DNA from: Obrimoposthia wandeli
Taxonomy: Eukaryota
Assembly (NCBI GenBank): GCA_977020255.1
Contig: CDROCS010000864.1
Coordinates: 1 to 64,000, forward strand
Direction: 5' to 3'
DNA: 64,000 bases
The notes below the pieces were generated by a model, which saw only the letters and a program-made list of their open reading frames with translations, was not told the origin of the DNA and did not search any database. The stretch's first letter is position 1; every line of letters starts with the position of its first letter. A program made the translations under genes and the position numbers. This document shows positions 52,052 to 62,000 of this stretch, piece by piece.

Positions 52052-54562
52052 TTAAAACAGCCCCATTTGTTGATCGGTTATCAAATCAAAGCTCAAGCCA
52101 ATAAATGGCAAGATACCATCAGCAATGGGTTTAATTTGTTTTTCAATATAGTGCTCAAAATCCAATACTGAATGTTGATGCTCGACCGCTTCAGGGCCGC
52201 TCAGCGTAAGCACATAACTGATCCACGCTTTGTGTTGATAACGTAACGGCTGGCCTAATTGACGGTTTTTCTCATCCGCTGCGCGCGCTGCTTTTACATG
52301 GGGCGGCACGTTCTTCACATATAATGCTAATTCTTGGCGCAAACGCTTACGGTAAACCAGCTTATCATTAAATTCTCCCGCTAAGGTTTTCTCCACTATT
52401 TCCAGCACATAATCTTCTACCGCGATGTTATGGAAGACTCTATGGTATAACTCCTTCTGGAACATCTTCGCCAGATCAGTCCAATCGGTACGCACCGTTT
52501 CTAGCCCTTTAAAGATCAGCTTTTCACCGTCTTTAGTATGTACTAAACCGGCATAACGCTTCTTACTGCCTTTATCCAAACCACGGATCGTGGGCATTAA
52601 AAACTTGTGATAATGCACTTCGTATTCAATATCGAGGAAACAATCAATGTCGTAATCTTCACGCAGGTGACGCTGCCATTGCTCGTTGATGTATGCCGAC
52701 AGTTCCGCGCCCATACGATCGGCTTGTAAGCCGCGATCAGCTGACGTTCCAGTGTAACCAGCGGTAAATTTAGATTCATCAAGTAATACAAAGGTGGAAT
52801 CGGTATCTCCGTAGATCACCTTGTACCCTTTGGCTTCGAGCCAGCCAGCGGTAGTCTGCATGATCTCTTGACCGCGCATGGTAATTGACGACGCTAAACG
52901 GGTATCATAAAAACGACAACCGCCAGATCCTAACACCCCATAAAACGAGTTCATTAAGATCTTAATCGCTTGCGAACGCGCGGCATCTTTGTCGAGTTTA
53001 GCTTGATCGCGCTGCGACCAAAGTTCGGTAATAATATCAGGTAGATAATGCTTGTCCCGATCAAACAAGCCACCACGGAACCCAGGGATCGCCTCTGTCG
53101 GATTCTGCACACCTTCTAACAATCCCACCGGATCAATTTTAAAGGTGCGAATAATCGACGGATACAGACTTTTAAAATCCAGTACGATAACGTGATCGTA
53201 CAAACCAGGGAATGAGTCCATCACATAACCACCGGGACTGGCCATTACCCCACTCTCACGTAGGTTTGGCGCGATATAACCTGCGCGGTGTAACTTAGGC
53301 AGATAAACATTGGTAAACGCCAGTACCGAGCCACCGTTACGATCTAATTCCAATCCGGTTAACTGCGAGCGTAATAACAAGAAATCCAACAACCGCGTTT
53401 TAACAAAGATATCCCACACTAATACGCAATCTTGCAGATTGTACTTCGCTAGTTTGAGCTTATTAAAATGAAAATCGTGGTTGATCTGTTCCATGCGGTT
53501 ATCGACATCGTCAGTCTCTTTACCGACACCGAGGATCGCTTGCGCGACATTTTCGAGACTGAAACTGGGGAAGCTATAGGTCGCTGTTTTTAGACTATCG
53601 ATGCCATCAATCACCACCCGACCATGCAAAGTCAAAAAACCTTGCTGTTGCGGGGTGCGGCCATCACGCCAATGCAAGTTTTGACCACCACGACCCAATG
53701 CTAGCTTAATATTATGAAAGGTAGCGCGTACAGCCAATAGACGGAAATCAAAATTAATCACGTTCCAACCAATAAAGACGTCGGGATCGTAACTGATCAC
53801 AAAGGCTTGCAGTGCTTGTAATAGACTTTTCTCGTCAGCCACCCAATGGATTAACGGCTCACTTTCGGGCGCTTGCAATACGTTTTTATCAGTTTTTTCT
53901 TGTGCCTGTGCTCGATCTTTATCAGCGAGTGCTTGTGCTAAGTCTTTATCAAGCTGCTCGCCAATCATGTATACCCGTTTAAAGGGTTTACCGTCGGGGC
54001 AATAGGCAGGGCTTAATGAATACAAACCGATAGAGTACAGTTCACCGTGTTCTGAGCATTCGATATCCAGTGAGATCTGTTTAATTTTATCCACTAAGTT
54101 GTCTGGCAGCTCTGCAGGTTTAAGCTGGGCTTGTTGAAACTCCACATACCCTTTACGTTGCACTGGCGTTCCGGTGAACTCGACAGCCCCTTTTACAAAA
54201 CGCTCCATTAAGTAACGTTCAGCTGGGCGAATGTCGGCTTCTAATACCGTCACTAGCTTACGTCTTAATAATTCTTGGGCGCGATGATAGTCATGCGAGG
54301 TCTGGAAATAAAACGCGCTCATCAATTCTAAATCAAAACTGCGCATTTTCAGATCTTTATAATTAAAGCGCGGATTTAATTCACTTAAACAGGCTAATGC
54401 CGTGGTCAGTTGGTCTTGAGGAATGAACATAACCAGCGGCTGGGTTGCCGGGATCAACTTAACCGCACCCATTTCAGATGCTAACCAGTAACTTAATTCA
54501 TTGTTACCATTGCGATCACGGCTATGGCGCGATAATAAAAAACCCAGATATGTAGCAGACAA
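52052..54562 (-). CDS. polB: DNA polymerase II
   Basis: SLDIEC exonuclease motif, DFKSLYPS, KILMNSFYG, YGDTDS, KKRYAG; TTG start. Confidence 0.97.
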   Translation of the reverse strand: MSATYLGFLLSRHSRDRNGNNELSYWLASEMGAVKLIPATQPLVMFIPQDQLTTALACLSELNPRFNYKDLKMRSFDLELMSAFYFQTSHDYHRAQELLRRKLVTVLEADIRPAERYLMERFVKGAVEFTGTPVQRKGYVEFQQAQLKPAELPDNLVDKIKQISLDIECSEHGELYSIGLYSLSPAYCPDGKPFKRVYMIGEQLDKDLAQALADKDRAQAQEKTDKNVLQAPESEPLIHWVADEKSLLQALQAFVISYDPDVFIGWNVINFDFRLLAVRATFHNIKLALGRGGQNLHWRDGRTPQQQGFLTLHGRVVIDGIDSLKTATYSFPSFSLENVAQAILGVGKETDDVDNRMEQINHDFHFNKLKLAKYNLQDCVLVWDIFVKTRLLDFLLLRSQLTGLELDRNGGSVLAFTNVYLPKLHRAGYIAPNLRESGVMASPGGYVMDSFPGLYDHVIVLDFKSLYPSIIRTFKIDPVGLLEGVQNPTEAIPGFRGGLFDRDKHYLPDIITELWSQRDQAKLDKDAARSQAIKILMNSFYGVLGSGGCRFYDTRLASSITMRGQEIMQTTAGWLEAKGYKVIYGDTDSTFVLLDESKFTAGYTGTSADRGLQADRMGAELSAYINEQWQRHLREDYDIDCFLDIEYEVHYHKFLMPTIRGLDKGSKKRYAGLVHTKDGEKLIFKGLETVRTDWTDLAKMFQKELYHRVFHNIAVEDYVLEIVEKTLAGEFNDKLVYRKRLRQELALYVKNVPPHVKAARAADEKNRQLGQPLRYQHKAWISYVLTLSGPEAVEHQHSVLDFEHYIEKQIKPIADGILPFIGLSFDLITDQQMGLF

Positions 54563-54588
54563 AATTAACCAGAAAAAGTAGTTTAAGA

Positions 54589-54604
54589 CTGGTTAAGTGT
54601 ACAG
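54589..54604. promoter_or_regulatory. LexA (SOS) box of polB
   Basis: CTGGTTAAGTGTACAG = CTG-N10-CAG, 27 bp upstream of the start; polB is an established SOS gene. Confidence 0.85.
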
Positions 54605-54702
54605 CATTTTTAGAAATGTGAAAATGGCTGTTACGAACTAGCAATACTATCCGTATTAAGCACTAATATTATATAACGACAAGATCATACTATCAGCACT
54701 AA

Positions 54703-54777
54703 TAAAACCCCTGATATGTAGCAGACGAAATGGTTCAGTAATAAATGGTTATAAATTGATTAAATGCACAGCGTTTT
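54703..54777 (-). repeat. Diverged duplicate of the polB 5' end and SOS box
   Basis: AAACCCCTGATATGTAGCAGAC versus AAACCCAGATATGTAGCAGAC (54540); TTG-N10-CAG at 54756-54771. Confidence 0.8.
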
Positions 54778-54938
54778 ATGCTACTAAAAATCTTAGTTTA
54801 CTAAAATTTTCAATCTGTTATATTTTCTTTCGTTCCAGTTACTCATATTTGAGTCCCGTTTGGTTAGCTAGCCGGATTGTTTGAGATAAAAACGAGCTGT
54901 TTAACCTATATTAGGATGGGCTGTTTCCCGAATCGATT

Positions 54939-54965
54939 GAACCTTTTTTTTCAAGCAAGGTCTGA
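54939..54965 (+). promoter_or_regulatory. sigmaE (RpoE)-type promoter upstream of the ter cluster
   Basis: GAACCT-N16-TCTGA versus the known GAACTT-N16-TCTGA pattern. Confidence 0.6.
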
Positions 54966-55149
54966 TCTATTGATGTAGCCATTGAAACACCGCTGGTCGT
55001 GAAGGTTGTAAAGCGACGCCTATACCAAGTGTGCCAGTTGTCTTGGGATCTAAAAATATGCGTCTGTTATCAAATTAATCAATGTAATAGTGATATTATT
55101 CGCACCACTATTACAATTTCACCTACAACATATTATTTAGGAAAAATTT

Positions 55150-55758
55150 ATGTCTATATCGCTAGAAAAAGGTCAACGAATTAGTTTAGAAAAAAATGGT
55201 CAGCAGCTTAATAAAGTATGTGTTGGTGTTAACTGGGGTGCAATTGAAAAGAAAGGCCTATTTGGTGGTATTAAGAAAATAGCCGTTGATTTAGATGCGA
55301 GTGTGTCTCTGTATTCAGCAAGTAAAGATTTGCAAGACCTGATCTATTTTGGACAATTAAAAAGTAAAGACGGTTCTATTGTTCACAGTGGTGATGATAC
55401 TACTGGTGATCTTGATGGCGATGATGGTTTAGATAACGAAGTTATCACCGTAAATCTAGCCCAAGTACCTGCAAACGTAAACTTTGTGGCTATCATTTTA
55501 AACAGCTATAAAGGCCAAGACTTTGCAACAATCCCATTCGCAAGTGTTCGCTTATACGAAGGTACGCCAACACGTGTTGATCAAGTAGTTGCAAGTTATA
55601 ACATCGCGAATGATGCTAAATTTAGTGGCGCAGTATCAATGGTTTTAGGTTCTTTTTATCGCCACAACGGCGCATGGAAGTTCAAAGCGATTGGTGAACC
55701 AACACAAGATAAAAAACTAGAGCAACTAGTAAAAACAGTGGCAAGTAGTTACCTATAA
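55150..55758 (+). CDS. TerD-family protein (TerZ-like)
   Basis: SLEKGQRISL, VDLDAS, HSGDDTTG, WKFKAIG. Confidence 0.92.
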   Translation: MSISLEKGQRISLEKNGQQLNKVCVGVNWGAIEKKGLFGGIKKIAVDLDASVSLYSASKDLQDLIYFGQLKSKDGSIVHSGDDTTGDLDGDDGLDNEVITVNLAQVPANVNFVAIILNSYKGQDFATIPFASVRLYEGTPTRVDQVVASYNIANDAKFSGAVSMVLGSFYRHNGAWKFKAIGEPTQDKKLEQLVKTVASSYL

Positions 55759-55797
55759 TTTAAATACTAATTAATAAATATAGTAGAGGTTAATCCA

Positions 55798-56250
55798 ATG
55801 AGTTTTTCAAATTTTTTATCTGGTCTGAAAGAAAAAACAAATGAATTAAAAGATGAAGTTTTGAAATTTAAAAATAAAAACTTCTTACATGCTGCAACCG
55901 CAGGTTCTGCACTTATTGCAATGGCTGATGGTTCAATTGACTCAGCTGAAAAGCAAAAAATGCTGAAATTAATTGAAAACAATGATGCTTTAAAAGTATT
56001 TAAAACATCTGATGTGATCAGTTCTTTCACTGAGTTTTTAAACAACTTTGATTTTGACAAAGATGTTGGTGAATCTAAAGCGTGTGAAGCATTAAACCGA
56101 ATCAAAGATAACAATGTCGAAGCAAGAACTGTGATGCGCTTAATTTTAGCCATTGCCGCTTCAGATGGTGTTTTTGACCAAGACGAAAAAATTGTAGCAA
56201 TCAAAATTGCTAAAGAATTAGGTTTAAATCCAGCAGATTTTGAACTTTAA
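55798..56250 (+). CDS. terB: TerB-family protein
   Basis: ALIAMADGSID..EK, IAASDG.FDQDEK, IAKELGL. Confidence 0.92.
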   Translation: MSFSNFLSGLKEKTNELKDEVLKFKNKNFLHAATAGSALIAMADGSIDSAEKQKMLKLIENNDALKVFKTSDVISSFTEFLNNFDFDKDVGESKACEALNRIKDNNVEARTVMRLILAIAASDGVFDQDEKIVAIKIAKELGLNPADFEL

Positions 56251-56345
56251 TTGTCATAATAAGCTAGAGCAATTACGATCTATCTATGATGTGTAATGCT
56301 TACCCGTTTAAATTAAATATTATCTTATATTATTAAGGAAGAAAT

Positions 56346-56924
56346 ATGTCAGTATCATTACAAAAAGGCGGCAACGTTTCGCTAGAGAAAGCAGCACCAG
56401 GAATGAGCAAATGCATTTTAGGACTTGGCTGGGATACCCGCGCTACAGATGGCGTTGATTTTGATTTAGACGCATCGGTATTTTTAATTAATGCTGAAGG
56501 TAAAATCCGTCAAGACACAGATTTTATCTTTTATAATAACCTTAAATCAGTTTGTGGCTCAGTTGAGCATACCGGTGATAACCAAACTGGTGAAGGCGAC
56601 GGCGATGATGAAGCAATTAAAGTAAATTTATCATTAGTGCCAGCAGATGTAGTTAAAATTGTTATTGGTGTTACGATCCATGATGCTGAAGCAAGAGGCC
56701 AAAACTTCGGTCAAGTTTCAAATGCATTCATGCGTGTTGTAAACGAAGAAAATAATAATGAAGTGATCCGTTATGACCTTTCTGAAGATTACTCTACTGA
56801 AACAGCGTTATTGTTTGGTGAGCTATACAAGCATAACGGTGCTTGGAAATTTAAAGCGATCGGACAAGGTTTTGCTGGCGGTTTAGCACCAATGGCACGA
56901 CAGTACGGCGTTAACTTAGGTTAA
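56346..56924 (+). CDS. terD: TerD-family protein
   Basis: [44 protein letters not shown]. Confidence 0.95.
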   Translation: MSVSLQKGGNVSLEKAAPGMSKCILGLGWDTRATDGVDFDLDASVFLINAEGKIRQDTDFIFYNNLKSVCGSVEHTGDNQTGEGDGDDEAIKVNLSLVPADVVKIVIGVTIHDAEARGQNFGQVSNAFMRVVNEENNNEVIRYDLSEDYSTETALLFGELYKHNGAWKFKAIGQGFAGGLAPMARQYGVNLG

Positions 56925-56954
56925 TTCTTAAAAATTGATTTAATCAGTAATTAT

Positions 56955-56989
56955 AAAATCCGATAATCGAATATGATATCGGATTTTTT
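56955..56989 (+). terminator. Internal terminator-like hairpin after terD
   Basis: AAAATCCGATA...TATCGGATTTTTT. Confidence 0.7.
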
Positions 56990-57057
56990 ATATTTAAAAT
57001 TAAAAATCTAAAATTAAACATCATGCTGTTTTACTTCAGCGTTGAAGGTAATGACTT

Positions 57058-57816
57058 ATGACGACTAAATCACAACGAATTATTGTATTAACAGATCTTG
57101 ATGATAGCTTATTTCAAACATTAAAAAAAATCCCTGAAGGCGTATCATCAACGCCTGTAGCGACTGATAGAGATAATAACCCTTTATCATACATGACCAA
57201 TCCACAACGCATTTTTTTTGATATGCTGGTCAATTCAGGTGCCGAAATAATTCCAATTACCGGTCGTAACACCGATGCATTAGAAAGAGTCAGTTTGCCT
57301 TTTGGTGAATACAGCTCAGTATCCCATGGTGCCATCGTACTGGATAAAAATAACCAGGTTTGTAGCCAATGGTTACAGTGGCTAAATATTGATACAGCCA
57401 CATTTGCTAACTTACTTGATGATATTAATGATCGTGTGCAAACCATTATTCATACCCAGTCATTAAATGCCCGCAGTCGCGTGATTGTCGATCAGAATAT
57501 TCCCGCATACGTGTCGATAAAAGGCATGGATTCTGACCTTGATGAAATTTACAATGCATTACCTGAATACAATCAACATGACACATTAAGATTTCACCGT
57601 AACGGCCGTAACATGGCCTATATTCCCGCGATATTTTGTAAGAAAAATGCGGCTGAATTTATTTTAAAACAGTTAAACGTACAACCTGATGATCTGGTTT
57701 TAACTGTCGGTGATAGTATTAGTGATTTACCTATGATGCAGACAGGCACCTATGCTATTGCACCGTTAAGAAGCCAGCTTGCAACTGACATATTTAAAAC
57801 TAAATTAAGTGAATAA
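57058..57816 (+). CDS. HAD-family phosphatase of Ter-associated type
   Basis: TDLDDSLFQT, ITGR, CKK.A, GDSISD. Confidence 0.85.
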   Translation: MTTKSQRIIVLTDLDDSLFQTLKKIPEGVSSTPVATDRDNNPLSYMTNPQRIFFDMLVNSGAEIIPITGRNTDALERVSLPFGEYSSVSHGAIVLDKNNQVCSQWLQWLNIDTATFANLLDDINDRVQTIIHTQSLNARSRVIVDQNIPAYVSIKGMDSDLDEIYNALPEYNQHDTLRFHRNGRNMAYIPAIFCKKNAAEFILKQLNVQPDDLVLTVGDSISDLPMMQTGTYAIAPLRSQLATDIFKTKLSE

Positions 57817-57819
57817 ACA

Positions 57820-58902
57820 ATGAATTACAACTTCGACACCCAAGCAGGGCTCATTTCTCTAAAAGTATTAAACACGAAAAAACCGGTGGACGATTTATTA
57901 ACATTCGCCTGTCGTCAAAACCCTAAGCGTAGTTTTATGCTGGTGAGTAAAGTGCTTGGCCGATATACACCGACAAAACCGAACGTGATGAGAGAGGTTT
58001 ATAACTACTTATCACAGGCGATTGAGGGTGATAAATTAACTTACGTGGTGAGCTTGGCTGAAGCGGCGACGGGATTAGGGGCTGGTGTTGCAGATAGCTT
58101 AGCCAGAAAACAACAATCTAAGGTTTATTTTCAACATACAACACGCCATAAATTAGATGTACCACTGTGGTTTACAGTCGATGAAGCACACAGCCACGCC
58201 GTTAATCATATGTTTTATGCACCGAAAGCTGAATTGCTTGACGGTATTCGTCAATCGAATCGCTTAGTGGTTATTGATGATGAAATAACAACGGGCCGCA
58301 CTATTAAGTTGTTGATTACCAGTCTATTAAAGAAATTAGACAATATTGATGAAATTCAAATCCTGTCTTTAGTGAATCTGTTAGATGAAGACCTAAGGTT
58401 AAAAGAAGACGATTTTGGCATTAAAATTAATTACTTTTCATTAATGGATGCGCAAATTTCTATCGATCAAAAAGACGATTTCAAGCCTGAATTACCGAAA
58501 AATGTAGATGCTGGATTATGTGAATCACATTCATCAGCCGATTTAGGCCGATGCGGTATGTTAATGCCATACACGGGTGACTTACCAACAATCACATCAT
58601 CAAATAAAATGACCATAGTGGCGAATGGTGAACATCAATATATTCCGTTTTTAGTTGCCGAGCAGCATGAAGATCAGGGTTGTCATGTATTGTATCAATC
58701 GATTAACCGCTCACCGTTATTAGTTGGCGAATCAATTGAAAACAAATTAGCCTTCTCATTTAATGGCAGTGAACTTGAGCACTACATCTATAATTTCTAT
58801 CCAGAAAATAGAGATGTATATGTATTATTAGAAAGTGAAAGTGGCAGAGATAAGCATCATTTTGCAAGAGAGTATCCATTACACAGCGTTGCAGTTGCCT
58901 AG
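57820..58902 (+). CDS. Ter-associated phosphoribosyltransferase (PRTase_2 + TRSP-like)
   Basis: RQNPKRSFMLVSKVLGR, AEAATGLG, HTTR, VIDDEITTG. Confidence 0.88.
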   Translation: MNYNFDTQAGLISLKVLNTKKPVDDLLTFACRQNPKRSFMLVSKVLGRYTPTKPNVMREVYNYLSQAIEGDKLTYVVSLAEAATGLGAGVADSLARKQQSKVYFQHTTRHKLDVPLWFTVDEAHSHAVNHMFYAPKAELLDGIRQSNRLVVIDDEITTGRTIKLLITSLLKKLDNIDEIQILSLVNLLDEDLRLKEDDFGIKINYFSLMDAQISIDQKDDFKPELPKNVDAGLCESHSSADLGRCGMLMPYTGDLPTITSSNKMTIVANGEHQYIPFLVAEQHEDQGCHVLYQSINRSPLLVGESIENKLAFSFNGSELEHYIYNFYPENRDVYVLLESESGRDKHHFAREYPLHSVAVA

Positions 58903-58916
58903 GTGACACTGGCGCT

Positions 58917-58948
58917 AGATGTAGATGTAAATGTAAATGTAAATGTAA
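58917..58948. repeat. Hexamer microsatellite (A[A/G]ATGT)x5
   Basis: AGATGT AGATGT AAATGT AAATGT AAATGT between PRTase and StiP-like genes. Confidence 0.85.
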
Positions 58949-59003
58949 GAATACGACTTTCCGACATCCAACTAAATGATAAAAATCACGGACTACGATT
59001 AAA

Positions 59004-60104
59004 ATGATAAACACAGATAAAAGCCCTTTATTAGGCAGCTATAGTGCCGACGATTGTTTATTTTTATTAACAAAAGTTGAACCCGAGTTTTATACCATTG
59101 AAGATAAAGAACGCCTCATTCAAACAGGTGTTATGCATTATTCAGAAATGGTTAATCAAGAGTCCGCGCCATCACCTGAATATGCGGAACTATTTGTCAG
59201 TCTGACAGCCCAATACAAACAACGCCTTGCAGATGAAGTTTTACAATTAACTAAAATGATTATAGATAATCGTTTGAATGATGTTTGCATCGTATCTTTG
59301 GTGCGCGCTGGTACGCCTATCGGTGTGTTATTGAATCGAGCACTGAAAACATACAGCAATGTAAATACGTCACACTACTCTGTTAGTATCATACGCGATA
59401 AAGGCATAGACGAGAATGCCCTCGACTACCTCATCGAGCATGAAAAAATCAAGCCGGAGAGCATTGTTTTTGTTGATGGCTGGACGGCTAAAGGCGTTAT
59501 TACCCAAGAACTTAAAGCGGCTATTGGTGAATATAATAGCAGTCGTAATGTTAATATCCCTGACCAATTATTTGTTATTTCAGATATAGGCGGAACAGCA
59601 GACTATTCCGCAACGTTTGATGACTATGTGATCCCTAGTGCATTGATGAATTCGACGGTGAGCGGGTTAGTAAGTCGTTCTATTCTTAATCATCATATTG
59701 GCGAGGATGATTTTCACGGCTGTATCTCTTATTCACATTTAGAAAGTCATGATCATTCAAATTGGTTTGTCGATCAGGTTTCAGCCTGCTTTAGCGAAAA
59801 CAGCTTTAACATGCCATTGCCTCAAGCCGCTATTCCAGCTGCATTGCGACAAAAAAATACCCATGATTTTTTACAAAAAATAATGCAGAAATTTAACGTG
59901 TCTAATTATAACCGTATCAAACCGGGTATAGCTGAAGCGACGCGCGTTATGTTAAGAAGAGTGCCTGATTTATTGATTGTTCAAAGCAAAATAGATCCAA
60001 GTACTGTTCACTTACTCAAGCTAGCGAGTGAAAAATCAATTGAGATAATCGAAATGCCTGAGATGCCATTTGGTGCTTGTGCTTTGATTAAAGACGTAAA
60101 ATAA
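59004..60104 (+). CDS. StiP-like/PRTase_1 protein with C-terminal PELOTA-like domain
   Basis: GSYS.DDC.FLL, HYSEM, SLVRAGTPIG, FVDGWTAKG, SGLVSRS, KPGIAEATR. Confidence 0.88.
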   Translation: MINTDKSPLLGSYSADDCLFLLTKVEPEFYTIEDKERLIQTGVMHYSEMVNQESAPSPEYAELFVSLTAQYKQRLADEVLQLTKMIIDNRLNDVCIVSLVRAGTPIGVLLNRALKTYSNVNTSHYSVSIIRDKGIDENALDYLIEHEKIKPESIVFVDGWTAKGVITQELKAAIGEYNSSRNVNIPDQLFVISDIGGTADYSATFDDYVIPSALMNSTVSGLVSRSILNHHIGEDDFHGCISYSHLESHDHSNWFVDQVSACFSENSFNMPLPQAAIPAALRQKNTHDFLQKIMQKFNVSNYNRIKPGIAEATRVMLRRVPDLLIVQSKIDPSTVHLLKLASEKSIEIIEMPEMPFGACALIKDVK

Positions 60105-60129
60105 TATTTTTTAGAGTAAGCGGGATAAA

Positions 60130-60738
60130 ATGAAAATAGCATTATTTGATTTTGATGAAACGTTAGTAGAAGAAAACTCACTCGGTTTTTTGTTTAAGCA
60201 TTTTTTAGGGAAAACCCCATTACCGCTTCAGTTATTACCTTTATTGCTAAAACCGTCTACCTATAAACAACCGGTTAAAACATCCATTAAGACGCACTTT
60301 TATAAGCAATCGTTGAATGGTAAAACATCCGCAGAGGTTTTTGCCGCGGGTGAATCGCTGTTTCAAAAAGTGACGCCGATTGATGAAGTCGTGAATATGA
60401 TGACAGCGTTACATGATAGCGGCATTCAAGTGTGGATTGTCACAGCGTCACCAGAACAATATATCGCCGGTATCGTCAAGCAATTGGGGTGGCCAGTTGA
60501 ACGTGTTATCGGCACCACTATCTTGGAACAAAATGGCCATTTCACCGGTGATATTGACAGCGAATGCCAAGAACAAGAAAAAGTACGCCGTTTAGATGCC
60601 ATTTTTAATGACAGCAGTATTACCTTTCAGGTTGAACAAGCCTTTGGGAACTTACCTGTTGATATCCCGATGTTAAAAATGGCTAAAAAAAGATTTTATG
60701 TATTAGACAGCGTCGTTAAGCCCTATGAAAAATCTTAA
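60130..60738 (+). CDS. HAD-IB family hydrolase
   Basis: FDFDETL, VTAS, EK, GN...D.PML. Confidence 0.85.
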   Translation: MKIALFDFDETLVEENSLGFLFKHFLGKTPLPLQLLPLLLKPSTYKQPVKTSIKTHFYKQSLNGKTSAEVFAAGESLFQKVTPIDEVVNMMTALHDSGIQVWIVTASPEQYIAGIVKQLGWPVERVIGTTILEQNGHFTGDIDSECQEQEKVRRLDAIFNDSSITFQVEQAFGNLPVDIPMLKMAKKRFYVLDSVVKPYEKS

Positions 60739-60867
60739 TAAGGTTTGCTCTTTTTAGCGGTTTAACGACACAAAATCTATTTTAGACTATGTGCGTACTA
60801 GCATGTTACTGTAACCGTTAAATCGACAGTTTTTAACACTAATAAAATATAATACTGGAATGTAAAA

Positions 60868-61953
60868 ATGAACTTGATTGATAATGTATGGCCCTTTTTG
60901 TTAATTCTACTCTCATGTTATTTATTAAAATATGCATGTGATACTTTTGAACAAGCTGCTTCTTACCTTGGCCGCAAATTTCCACCAGGCGTTAAAGGGG
61001 CAACAGTAAATGCTATCGGGTCAAGTATGCCTGAAATGTGTGTTGTGATTGCTTGTTTGTTTTGGTTCGACGATCCATCATTAGTGATGGTTGCATTAGG
61101 TGTGACAGCAGGTTCTGCGATATTTAATGGTTGTGTGATCCCAGCACTTTCGATCATCATGGCGAAAGACGAAGACGGTAAAGCCGTTGATTCAATTAAA
61201 CTCACAAAGCGTGTATTAGTACGTGATGTTTTCTGGGTATTATTAGCTGAAATCACCTTGATTTACTTCCTAGGTTTCAACGCATTCACACTTTGGATGG
61301 CCGTTGTTCTGAACGTTATATACTTAGGTTACGCAGTACATTTATATATTGATGCAAAAAGCCATCAAGAAGTTGAAGATGCATATGAATATGAAGAAAT
61401 TGAAGATCGCGGTTCGTTCTTGAATTTAATTACCTTCAACTTTAATACGCTGTTCTTCTCAAACAGACCCTTCACATTAGTATCTGCGCTGGTTGTGTTA
61501 GTGCTAGCGATTGCGGTTATTTCTGGTTCTTCACATTTATTGGTTGAAGGTGTATTAGGCAGCGCGAGCGTAATGGGTGTTCCTCAGTTCTTTGCTGGTC
61601 TAATCTTTGGTTCTGCCGCTTCTTCAGTGCCAGATCTGATGTTATCAGTTAAAGATGCGCAAAAAGGCGAGTATGAAGATGCTGTTGCTAACCCGTTAGC
61701 ATCTAACACTTTCGATACGACTGTTGCATTTGCTTTGCCACTATTAGCTTGGTTCATGATCAACGGTGTCGATCAACTACCTTTAGTGCAAGATGAAAGC
61801 CTAACACTATTACGTTGGTCTATCGTTGGTATTACTGGTGCAGTAGCTGCAAGCTTGTTGTTCAACTATAAGAATGTAACAAAAACAGTTGCTTACTTCT
61901 TGTTGTCAATGTTTGTCGTTTGGGCTGGCGCTATGTATGCCTTTATTGGTTAG
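60868..61953 (+). CDS. Ca2+/cation antiporter (CaCA, Na/Ca exchanger family)
   Basis: alpha-1 GATVNAIGSSMPE, alpha-2 GSAASSVPD...ASNTFD; acidic central loop. Confidence 0.88.
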   Translation: MNLIDNVWPFLLILLSCYLLKYACDTFEQAASYLGRKFPPGVKGATVNAIGSSMPEMCVVIACLFWFDDPSLVMVALGVTAGSAIFNGCVIPALSIIMAKDEDGKAVDSIKLTKRVLVRDVFWVLLAEITLIYFLGFNAFTLWMAVVLNVIYLGYAVHLYIDAKSHQEVEDAYEYEEIEDRGSFLNLITFNFNTLFFSNRPFTLVSALVVLVLAIAVISGSSHLLVEGVLGSASVMGVPQFFAGLIFGSAASSVPDLMLSVKDAQKGEYEDAVANPLASNTFDTTVAFALPLLAWFMINGVDQLPLVQDESLTLLRWSIVGITGAVAASLLFNYKNVTKTVAYFLLSMFVVWAGAMYAFIG

Positions 61954-62000
61954 TTTTAAATAACTAATTAGCCCAATAAATTAGCCTTTTTTAGGTTATA

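Noticed and set aside
54970-55030. Resemblance of the ter leader to a yybP-ykoY Mn2+ riboswitch (GATGTAGCC...GCGACGCC)
   Set aside because: Conserved GGGGAGTA, CAACA-type loop and GAGACC elements are not properly matched; an Rfam scan would be needed
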